64,000 nucleotides of DNA from Octopus sinensis (lineage: Eukaryota): contig NC_043017.1 in NCBI RefSeq assembly GCF_006345805.1, forward strand, positions 26,164,001 through 26,228,000. Reading direction: 5' to 3'. This document shows, piece after piece, positions 53,821-64,000 of the stretch. The notes under the pieces are model-generated. The model did no database searches. It was not told the origin of the DNA and saw only the letters and a list, made by a program, of their open reading frames with translations. Position 1 is the stretch's first letter; the number at the start of each line of letters is the position of its first letter. Made by a program: the position numbers and the translations under genes.

Positions 53821-54236
53821 GGCGGCGAGCTGGCAGAAACGTTAGCACGCCGGGAGAAATGCTTAGCGGTATTTCGTCTGCGTTACGTTGTGAGTTCAAA
53901 TTCCGCCGAGGTCGACTTTGCCTTTCATCCTTTCGGGGTCGATAAATTAAGTACCAGTTACGCATTGGGGTCGATGTTATCGACTTAATACCTATGTCTG
54001 TCCTTGTTTGTCCCCTCTGTGTTTAGCCCCTTGTGGGTAATAAAGAAATAGGTATTTCGTCTGCGTTAAGTTGTGAGTTCCAATTCTGCCGAGGTCGACT
54101 TCGCCTTTCATCCTTTCGGGGTCGATAAATTAAGTACCAGTTACGCACTGGGGTCGATGTTATCGACTTAGTACCTATGTCTGCCATTGTTTGTCCCCTC
54201 TGTGTTTATCCCCTTGTGGGTAATAAAGAAATAGGT
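53821..54236 (+). mobile_element. SINE family C, full unit plus tandem partial unit
   Basis: Unit 1 spans 53821-54050. Unit 2 restarts at the internal GGTATTTCGTCTGCGTT (54051) and again ends AATAAAGAAATAGGT. Confidence 0.9.
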
Positions 54237-54238
54237 TT

Positions 54239-54600
54239 CTGAATGATTTTAACGGTTTTAACGCTAACATACTCGCTTGGACCAATTCTCTTTTATGCTA
54301 TTAACCCTTCTTTCATACATTAAAGTATGGATGCTTCGTATAAAGATTAAGAGACACGTTCTTGTTTCCCCTGATTATCAGTAGGAAAACCACTATTCGG
54401 TCGACCTAAAAGAAATAATTTAAATATTTGATCACATTAAATCTCCTATCGTCTCTTATGTAGTCCACGTAGGATAATCGGAAAAGAAATCAAAAGTGAA
54501 CGGGTTACAGTTTGAAAGATTTTCATTATAAATTACTCCAATGATGCAGATTTCGGAGCTAAGAAAATCCTCTCAAATGTCGGGTTGCTGATGATGATGA
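54239..54600 (+). mobile_element. Unclassified ~370 bp element, copy 2
   Basis: Aligns with 47561-47920 over its full length; ends CTGATGATGATGA. Confidence 0.75.
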
Positions 54601-55044
54601 TCCTGAAAGTAGGGGGAGCACGAACAAATTGATGATGGTAAGGGTTTTTTAACAGTAACGCTATTTTTTCGCTATTTATATTGATATGAGTTGACTAAGT
54701 TGAACATATTTGGTTGTATTGCATGTGATTATTGTACCCTTATCAAGTGAGTATCATGTATATGGACATGTTTCATTCAACATCCTTAAAAGACCCTTAT
54801 TCAGGGGCTTCTGGAGCAGAATGGTTTACCTAACACGAATAAAATTCTGAAGAAAATTCTAACTGGGCCGCACCTTCAAAGTCATGCGCTCTTTATTTCG
54901 ATATGGGATCACCATCAAGCGCAGTTGTAGTTGTGATGCATGTGCCTGGCGTACGTGTTGTAAGATGGGTGGCCATGCTGGGCATACTGGGGGTCGTAAA
55001 TTTTGCCCCGGTGTTACTTTCATGGCATACTTTACTCTCTCGCT

Positions 55045-55073
55045 CAATAATAATAATAACGATAATAATAATG

Positions 55074-55132
<59 letters not shown>

Positions 55133-55225
55133 AAGAAGAAGAAGAACAACAACAACAACAACAACAGCAACAACAAGAACAACAAGAACAACAACAACAA
55201 CAACAATAATAATAATAATCATAAT

Positions 55226-55260
<35 letters not shown>

Positions 55261-55464
55261 GAAGAAGAAGAAGAAGAAGAAGAAGAACAACAACAACAAC
55301 AACAACAACAGCAACAACAAGAACAACAAGAACAACGACAACAGCAGCAGCAGCAACGACGACAACAACAACAACAACAACAATAATAATAATAATAATA
55401 ATATTAATAATAATAATAATAATAATAATATAATGATAATAATAATAGTAATAATAATAATAAT

Positions 55465-55510
<46 letters not shown>

Positions 55511-55530
55511 TAATGATAATAATAATAATT
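55045..55530. repeat. (AAT)n(AAG)n(AAC)n compound microsatellite, duplicated in tandem
   Basis: The block order AAT-AAG-AAC plus AGCAACAACAAGAACAACAAGAAC occurs twice. It is preceded (~54930-55045) by a probable SINE 3' tail. Confidence 0.9.
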
Positions 55531-55905
55531 AAAGAGGGTTTTGTCGGAGAAGACCAATAGGGGCCTCTTTAATCTTAAAAGTATTAAGTGAGCTATCTTG
55601 CGCTAGCAACCAACCCTATAATGAGAGGTCTGCAGCAGTAGAAATACAACCAGGTTCGAGAAAATATGTCGGAGAATTTGGAACTGTCATATGGGCGGAA
55701 TGGGCCAAGCAAAAATGCTCTATTGGGGGACAGCTAGGCTTTTTGAGATTAGCGCCTGGGTTTTGAGTGTCATCCAAGATAATTTAAGATCCAAGTATCG
55801 AAGATTATAATTTGCGAAAAGTGACCCTGTGAGACCTCTGACAACAGGTTTGTGCCCGCTATCGCAGAATCAACTCGAGCAAAAGCGACAGCTCCAGAAA
55901 ACAAA
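55531..55905 (+). mobile_element. Decayed R4/Dong-type 3' fragment
   Basis: GCTCTATTGGGGACAGCTAGG (ALLGTAR, the RLE C-terminal motif) followed by a UTR containing GAGACCTCTG; bounded by (TAA)n upstream and CAA-rich repeats downstream. Confidence 0.5.
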
Positions 55906-55979
55906 ATAACAAGAACAACAACAACAAGACGAAGAAAAAAAGAACTTAAAAAAATACAAAGAGTAATAATAGGCCTTCA

Positions 55980-56264
55980 CACTACGACCATTACCATCAC
56001 CATCATCAATATGATCGCCATTGAAAACTACCTCCGCCTCCTTCGCTTTCCTTCCTCCCCCTCTTCCTCCTCCTTCACCTTCCTTCCTCTTCTTCCTCCT
56101 CCCCCTCCTCACCATCATAATCATTCAAGTCGTCATCATTTCATCCATGAATTCGTGTTCATCAACCGTGCCGGTGGGGGTCATTATGATCGCTCTCATC
56201 ATCGGCGTTTACCTCCTCCCACGCATCATCATCCTGATCACCATCGTTGCCGTCATCGTCATCG

Positions 56265-56295
<31 letters not shown>

Positions 56296-56955
56296 TTTCC
56301 ACATCGTCGTCATTGTCATCAACATCATTACAAATAGCATCACCGCCACGAATACCAGAAGAGACAGCAGCAGCAGTACCGCCGCAACCACCACCACCGC
56401 TTCGACCGCCGCTTCCACCACCGCATCAGCCTCCGCCGCCCGCGCCGCCTCCACCTCCGCCGCTGCCGCCCCCGCCTCTGCCACCGCTGCCACCACATCC
56501 TCCTCCACCACCACCACCACCACCATCACCATAACCATATCGACCACCACCACCGGCACCGCCGCTGCCACCACTGCTGTCACTACAACCGCGGCCACCA
56601 CCTCCTCCTCCACCACCACCACCACCACCACTACGCCACCACCACCACTATCACCATTACCATATCCACCACCACCACCACCGGCACCGCCGCTTCAACC
56701 ACCATCACCATCGACATGACCAATAGCATTAAACACCACCACCACTACCACCAACAACATCCCCACCACCACCACCACCACTATCACCATAACTATATCC
56801 ACTACCACCACCACCACCGGCACCGCCGTTGCCACCACCACCACCACCAACATGACCAATAGCATTGAACACCACCGCCACAACCACCACCACCACTACC
56901 ACCAACAACATCCCCACCACCAACAACACTACCACCACCACCACTATCATTCATA
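55980..56955. repeat. (CCA)/(CAT)/(CCG) low-complexity array with internal duplications
   Basis: Directly visible; the segments ACCACCACCACCGGCACCGCC and CGACATGACCAATAGCATT recur. Confidence 0.9.
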
Positions 56956-57509
56956 GCAATCATATCCAAAACTTGGCAAAACGATGCGGAAATTAATTGG
57001 TTTTGCAGATGTGCATCGCAAAAAAAATTCCTGTTAATTAAAAATATCCTCATTTTTATTTATTCCTTCATTTTATTCATTTACATATTCATTTCTGCAT
57101 TTATTTATTCATTTCTGTATCTATTTATTTATTTATTATTAATTTCTGTATTTATTTTATTAAAACAATTCATGTATTTAACGGTCGCTCTGCTTTTTAT
57201 TCCATATTTTTCCGTGTATTATTTCCCGTTTATTTCACTGTTTCCATGTGTGATCCATACATCATTATACAGAACACCTCTCCGCTTACTTTCCAGCGCG
57301 TTTCGAAATTTATTCTTTAATTTGCTTCGTTGAGGATATGGCTTTTATTGTATGTTATTTTATTTATTATTAGTAATTATTTATTTTGTTATTTATTTAT
57401 TTTGTTTTGTCTTGTTTATTAATTTCATATTTTTTGGTTTTGTTTTGGTTTGTTTTTGTTTTTGGTGTTTTTGAAACGAAAAATTTTATTTTGCCAGATT
57501 ATTGGTTAT

Positions 57510-57720
57510 CGTCAACGTCATCATCTTCGATTTTCTTCACACCCATCGCCCACCATCAACATCGCCAACATCATAATCGCAATCTTCGTCATCATCATCA
57601 TCATCATCATCAACATCGCCATCATAATCATCATAATCATCATCATCATCGTCGTCGTCGTCGTTATCATCATCATCCTCATCATCATCATCACCACCAC
57701 AACCACCATAATCATCATCG

Positions 57721-57754
<34 letters not shown>

Positions 57755-57807
57755 TGTCATCTTCATCGTCATCGTCGTGGTCCATCCTCATAATGATCAT
57801 CATCATC

Positions 57808-57869
<62 letters not shown>

Positions 57870-57975
57870 CAATATCACCATCATAATCATCATCATCATC
57901 GTCGTGGTCGTTATCATGATCATCATGATCATCATCACCACTACCACCATAATCATCGTCGTCACCATCATCATC

Positions 57976-58007
<32 letters not shown>

Positions 58008-58053
58008 CATCACCATCATCATCATCACCATCATCATAATCATCATCATCAAC

Positions 58054-58085
<32 letters not shown>

Positions 58086-58089
58086 CATT

Positions 58090-58129
<40 letters not shown>

Positions 58130-58251
58130 ACATCATCATCATCATCATCAATATCACCATCATAATCATCATGATCATCGTCGTCGTCGTTATCATGATC
58201 ATCATGATCATCATCACCACTACCACCATAATCATCGTCATCACCATCATC

Positions 58252-58300
<49 letters not shown>

Positions 58301-58352
58301 CCATCATCATCATCACCATCATCATCATCACCATCATCATAATCATCATCAA

Positions 58353-58409
<57 letters not shown>

Positions 58410-58938
58410 CAATATAATCATCATCATCATCGTCGTCGTAGTTATCATCATCATCATCATCATCATTGTCATCTTCATCGTCATCGCCGTAGTCATGGTC
58501 GTCATCATCATCATCATCCTCGTCATCACATTCAGCCTTCTAGTACTTCAGTCCTACTCCTCCTTATCAGCATCACCGTCCTTTTTATTATGGACATCAT
58601 GATGATGATGATGATGATCATCATCATCATCATCATCGCCAAAACCCATCTGCCTCCACCTCCTTCTCCTCCTTATTATCAGCGTCATCATTCCCATCAA
58701 TATCATCGTTGTCAAGTTCAATCACAGTGCCGTGCCCCTGCCTTCCTCTCCCCTCCATCATCTTCACCATAATCTTCTGATTGATATAATTATTAATCCC
58801 ATCATCAGCATCAACATCAAGAACACCATCATAATGTTAATCAGCACCTTCAGCGTCAGCATCAGCATCGTTATCAACATTAGCACCATCGTTACCATCC
58901 TCATCAACATCATTGTCAACATGTACATAATATTCGCT

Positions 58939-59016
<78 letters not shown>

Positions 59017-59320
59017 GTTATCATTATCAACTTTATCATCATCATCATCATCATCATCATCAATATCATCATCTCTACCATCATCATCAACATCATCATC
59101 ATCAACTTCATCATCATCATCATCATCAATCATATCATCATCATCATTATCATCATCTCTACCATCATCATCAACATCATCATCATCAACTTCATCATCA
59201 TCATCATCATCACCGTCATCATCATCATCATCTTTATCATCATCTCTACCCTCATCATTATCATCATCATCATCATCACCATCATCATCTCTATCCTCAT
59301 CATCATCATCATCATCATCG

Positions 59321-59359
<39 letters not shown>

Positions 59360-59646
59360 CCATCATCATCTTTATCATCATCTCTACCATCATCATCATC
59401 GTTGTCATCATTATCATCATCACCATCATCGTCGTCGTCATCATTCCCGTCATCATCATCATCCTTATCATTCACAACTTCTGCATCCACATCATCATCA
59501 TCATCATCATCGTCCTCATCATCGTCGTCGTCGTCGTCGTCGTAATCCTCATGTTCCTCATCATGATCAAAAACATCATCCTCTTGCACCACCTCCACCT
59601 CGTCTTCCACCTCCTTCTCATCATGATCACGATCATGATGATCCCT

Positions 59647-59681
<35 letters not shown>

Positions 59682-59700
59682 GAGCATCATCATTATTGGC
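57510..59700. repeat. (CAT)n array with higher-order blocks
   Basis: Blocks such as AATATCACCATCATAATCATC...GTTATCATGATCATCATGATCATCATCACCACTACCACC and TCTCTACCATC are repeated. Confidence 0.95.
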
Positions 59701-59779
59701 ATCACGAGCCTAACACCCAAAAATAACTTCTCTACAGGAAGACCATTAAGAGAGAATTAAAGACGAACATCAATTGTGT

Positions 59780-59834
59780 ATCTTTTCTTTTTCTCTCTCT
59801 CACTTTCTCTTTTCTTTCTCTCTCTCTTTCTCTT

Positions 59835-59865
<31 letters not shown>

Positions 59866-60272
59866 TTCTCTTTCTCTCTTCTCTCTTCTCTTCTCTCTCT
59901 TTCTCTTTCTCTTTCTCTCTCTCTTCTCTTTTTCTCTCTCTCTTCTCTTTCTCTCTCTCTCTTTCTCTTTCTCTCTCTTTCTCTCTCTTCATTTAAATCG
60001 TTCAGGCAAATATTTTTTCTCTCTCTCACTCTCTCTTTCTCTTTCTCTCTCTCTCTTCTCTTTCTCTCTCTCTCTTCTCTGTCTGTCTCTCTCTTTCTCT
60101 TTCTCACTCTATTTCTCTTTCTCTCCCACTCTCTTTCTCTTTTACTCTTTATTTCTCTTTCTGTCTCTCTTCCCTTTCTCTCTCTCTCTTTCTCTTTCTC
60201 TCTCTCTCTCTTCTCTTTCTCTCTCTCTTTCTCTTTCACTCTCTATTTCTCTTTCTCTCTCTCTTCTCTTTC

Positions 60273-60303
<31 letters not shown>

Positions 60304-60345
60304 GTCTCTCTCTTCATTTAAATCGTTCAGACAAATATTTCATTG
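59780..60345. repeat. (CT)n polypyrimidine tract with ~325 bp tandem duplication
   Basis: The unique anchor CATTTAAATCGTTCAG.CAAATATTT appears at ~59989 and ~60315. Confidence 0.9.
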
Positions 60346-60872
60346 ATAAACAGACTTTTCCAAGTGGTTTACAAATGTCAATAATGAATCCGTTTATCGT
60401 TAGAAAATCTGACCAAGTGCCAGATTAGAAAGAGCCATCATTAATTGAACGCTACCCACCGACTCGACGTAGTCAAACAGTACTTATGATCCTAAATTAA
60501 TTAGCCAAAGTAAGCTAATCAGGATACTTATGTGATTACTCAACGTATCTACCGTCAGTATCGTTCATCTTCCCTCTTTTAACATACACTTGTGTCAGTC
60601 GTTATACAGCGACCATACTGGTGCAAAAACTTCACGGGGTTACTCGAAAGAAGGAAGTACATATTTTAAAAAAAAGAGAGGTATCTATTGTGGTTTTCCT
60701 ATTTTGCTGAATCGCTTCTTGAAGTCTAAGCTACAGGAAAGTAAATAAAGCATCGTTTGTCAAGCGGTGTCGAGGGACAAACACGTACACAAATACACGC
60801 ATTCATATCGTGTGCGTATATATTGGGTCATCCCATAAATAATGCGCATTTTCTACTACATGAACTACAGGT

Positions 60873-61053
60873 GGAGGCGCGTGGTTTAGTGGTTAGAGTA
60901 TTGAACTTATGATCGTAAGGGTGTGGTTTCGATTCCTGAACAGGGCGAGGCGTTATGTTCTTGAGCAAATGGCTTCATTATCACGTTACTCCTGTCCACT
61001 CAGCTGGCAAAAATGAGTATCTTGCGACGGTCCGTCGTGCCGTCCAGGTGGGG
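60873..61053 (+). mobile_element. tRNA-derived SINE, family D, degenerate
   Basis: GGAGGCGCGTGGTTTAGTGG A box, GGTTTCGATTCC B box and GTTCTTGAGCAA..CTT core. Confidence 0.75.
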
Positions 61054-61270
61054 AATTTCATTTTATTAAATTTTGGTCATGTAAAAGCAAACAACGACAC
61101 ACAGAACACACACACAAATATATATATATAATTATATATATGATATATATTACACATACACACACCCACACCACACACACACACACAAACAATATATATA
61201 TATTATAATATTATATATTATTACATATTATATATATATAGATATATATAATATATATATTATATATATA

Positions 61271-63110
61271 GTTAGTTAACTAGTTAGTTATTTTTTGGCT
61301 CAAAAAGCAAAAAGCAAGGCCATGTAGGGGATCATGGAGTTAGGTACAGGGTGGTGTTCATGTAAAGAGTTCAGGCCACTTGTGGTCAAGGGAGACTTTG
61401 CACCGAGCGGTCGTCGCCATCTTCACCATCTCGTCCGGCAGCTTATTCCACGGATCCGCAACCCGGACGGAGAAAGCCCCTCTACTTCGATTGAGATGAA
61501 ATCGTCGCAGATAGAGCTTTTCGGAATGACCCCGCAGCCGACGCTCTGGAGCAGGAGTGATGAACAGCTCCTTCGAGAGGTTACACTTTCCGCTTATGAT
61601 GTTGTGAGCAAGAATGAGATCACCACGGCGTCGTCGTTTTTCTAGAGAATAAATGTCGAGCGTCTTCAGCCTTTCTTCATAAGACAAATTCTTGAGACCA
61701 AGAACCATGCGGGTAGCCAGCTTATGGACTCTTTCCAGATGCTGCATGTCTTCGAGGAGATAAGGAGAAGAGGCTTGAATCCCGTACTCCAATATGGGTC
61801 TCACTAGCGTGACATAGAGCGGTAGGAATATGGCTGCTGTGAGCATTCCGAATGACCGTCGAATCAAGAACAGAATTCCGCGTGCTTTGTTGGCAGCATG
61901 GACGCACTGGGCCGAAGGCGAAAAGGAGGAATCCACCAAGATACCCAGGTCCTTTACCTGATCGGCCCTCTCCAGCAGCAGACGACCCGTCTCGAAATCA
62001 AGTTGAGTTGCAGGAGGAGAGCCAACAGGCAGATGACAGCACTTTGACACGTTCAGACACAGGTCCCATTCGTTAGACCAACTCCAAATTTGGTGCAGGC
62101 ATCGACGAAGATCCTCTATATCACCGCGAGGAGCGACCAGTTTGACATCGTTGGCAAATAGAAGGGTGTGTTGCGTGAGGTCGTCGGGCAAGTCATTTAT
62201 GAAGACTAAGGGTCCAATCACAGAACCTTGAGGCACGCCATTGCTCGCACTGGAGACGTCGGACCGCCAACCATTAACTTGGACTTGGAAGGAGCGATCT
62301 GAGAGGAAGGCACCAACCCATCGTACAATATCCGGATGGAAACTATATGCTTCAAGCTTGACAAGTAATAGGCGGTGGTTTACCGAGTCAAAAGCTTTGG
62401 CAAAGTCCAATAAAACGATGTCAACAGCATCACTATCATCGAGGATGCGCGTCACCAATTCTTCCATTACCAGTAAGTTGGTCAAGCATGATCTCTCAGC
62501 ACGAAACCGTGTGGGAATCAGAGATAGAGGCTGTGTTTTGGAGGTGGAGCATCATACTTTTCTTAAGGATGGTTTCGAACATCTTGCTGATTATTGATGT
62601 AAGGGAAACCGGTCGGTAGTTAAGCGGGTCTTCGCGGCTCCCTTTCTTGAAAATTGGGCAGATTATCGCTGTTCTCCAGTCCGCAGGTATAACACCCGTC
62701 GCCAATGACATATTGAATAGACGTATTAAGGGCTCGCAGATGACCGGAGCCAACGCTTTGCTAACCCGTGGGTGTATGCCGTCAGGGCCGTAACCCTTGT
62801 TGACATCGAGGCCTTGAATAACGCGTTCGACTTCGTCCCGCGTGATGACCAATCGAAGCATTGGAGGTACCGATCTATCAAATGGAGGAGGTTCACGACC
62901 ATCATCTTGTTTGAAAATAGTTGAAAAAGCCTCGGCAAATAATTGACTCAGTTGATTAGGGTCCTCAATCGATACGCCTGTTGAGTCTACCAACGTTGTA
63001 ATTTGGTTGTTCAAGCGGGAATTCCGTTGGACATGGGCAAAGAAGGTTTTTGGATTGCTACTGGCGTTTGCCGCGATTCTGTATTCCTATCTGAAGCGTT
63101 TTTCCTTTTC
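61271..63110 (-). mobile_element. 5'-truncated CR1-type LINE with near-intact RT-encoding ORF2, 3' UTR and (TAAC)n tail
   Basis: ORFs 62496-63014 and 61358-62485 contain GPDGIHPR, NYRPVSLTS, LDFAKAFDSV, GVPQGSVIGP, LFANDVKL and F..RV...WN.LP. Both sides are flanked by TA-rich repeats. Confidence 0.95.
61358..63014 (-). pseudogene. CR1 ORF2 reverse transcriptase (disrupted)
   Basis: Two frameshifting indels near 62495-62515 (HGFVLR/RSCLTNLL), a short deletion in GPLLF and FADD changed to FAND. Confidence 0.9.
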
Positions 63111-63118
63111 AATTATAT

Positions 63119-63155
<37 letters not shown>

Positions 63156-63915
63156 CATACGTATACATTCATATATATACATGCATTCATAAATACATAC
63201 ATACATAATTACATACATATGTACATGCAAGCATCTGTCAGATATATGAGTCAGCAGTTTTTAATAACATAAATCTATTTACTCAATTTTGTCAAATGAA
63301 GCTCTTAAAATTGTTGCTACACTGAGCTATATACTTAATGACGACCCATCATTTTATTTCTCATTGCCTCTTTGATAATGATCATCGCTTGCAATTTAAT
63401 TTTGTGAGTCACCTCTACATTGAGTTAGAATATAAAGAATTCGTTGGAGGTGCATCTGCCAAAGGCTATCTGACATATTGGTCGCTGATGGTTGACATTT
63501 GCATGGGAACCAATTTGCAGCTACGTCCATTGATACGAACAGTCATATCAAATGAAAAACGAAAGAATATCTGTACGTATAGGAATTAAAGGCAAACTTT
63601 TAGAAAACGGCAAATATACAAGAATGTACATTACAAGTTGAGTTGGTCTCAGCTGCGTGGACAACGGCTTTAAAAAGATTTTATCGTTAGTAATGGTGAA
63701 AGGAAACACTGCATGTAAAAAATACTATGGACCATTGAAAATATGTGACAAAAAGTTCACTAGTACTGGATGTGACGTGCTGTAGTATGTTCTCTGACTG
63801 CAGCCTTGTTGCATCTGCAGAAAACCTCGGCAACGCCGCCTGTAACGCAGAGGAGTGTGGGATTAAAAAATACAGGAGCTTGGCACGCTGCTCTTCTCTT
63901 TTTGTCTGTCACTCT

Positions 63916-64000
63916 AGGCGCAGGAGTGGCTGTGTGGTAAGTATCTTGTTTACCAACCACATTGTTCCGGGTTCAGTCCCACTGCGTGGCATCTTGGGCA
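63916..64000 (+). mobile_element. SINE family B, cut by the window end
   Basis: AGGCGCAGGAGTGGCTGTGTGGTAAG...GGGTTCAGTCCCACTGCGTGGCATCTTGGGCA. Confidence 0.9.

Noticed and set aside
57450-58772. 440 aa His-rich ORF
   Set aside because: It is the (CAT)n array, with alternative frames equally open.
854-60346. Most ORF-track entries (YI/YLSI/poly-Ile, poly-Ser, poly-His, poly-Leu, ER repeats)
   Set aside because: They are translations of TA, TATC, GAT/CAT, TTA and CT microsatellites, which lack stops by construction.
60821-60855. Mariner-like TIR start TATTGGGTCATCCCATAAATAATGCG
   Set aside because: Only about 35 bp, with no partner end identified.
63770-63900. GC-richer stretch as a candidate exon
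   Set aside because: No recognisable protein motif or convincing splice-site pair.

Overview
AT-rich, microsatellite-saturated eukaryotic non-coding DNA. The SINE families and (TA)n load match what I recall of octopus (coleoid cephalopod) genomes; this is an inference and was not searched. I found no credible host protein-coding exon, rRNA, tRNA gene or CRISPR array, and almost all ORF-track entries are translations of simple repeats. The window contains: about 20 tRNA-derived SINE copies of four families, several with target-site duplications (TSDs); a near-intact, 5'-truncated CR1-type LINE ORF2 (61271-63110, minus); three R4/Dong-type RLE retrotransposon fragments, two of them beside (TAA)n; two DD37D (maT-type) transposon relics; a non-autonomous Helitron; nested MITEs; and long trinucleotide arrays with higher-order structure. 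The most notable signals are (i) type I hammerhead-ribozyme motifs of three sequence families (612-663 +; 1299-1333 - with variants at 17883-17916 and 33694-33727; 25673-25726 - and its mirror 29394-29441 +), probably from Penelope-like termini; (ii) a decayed USP/peptidase C19 Cys-box motif at 23127-23192 (-); (iii) a 3.8 kb fold-back palindrome (25657-29456) that may be an assembly artefact, plus a 208 nt hairpin; and (iv) an unclassified 370 bp TSD-flanked element present twice.
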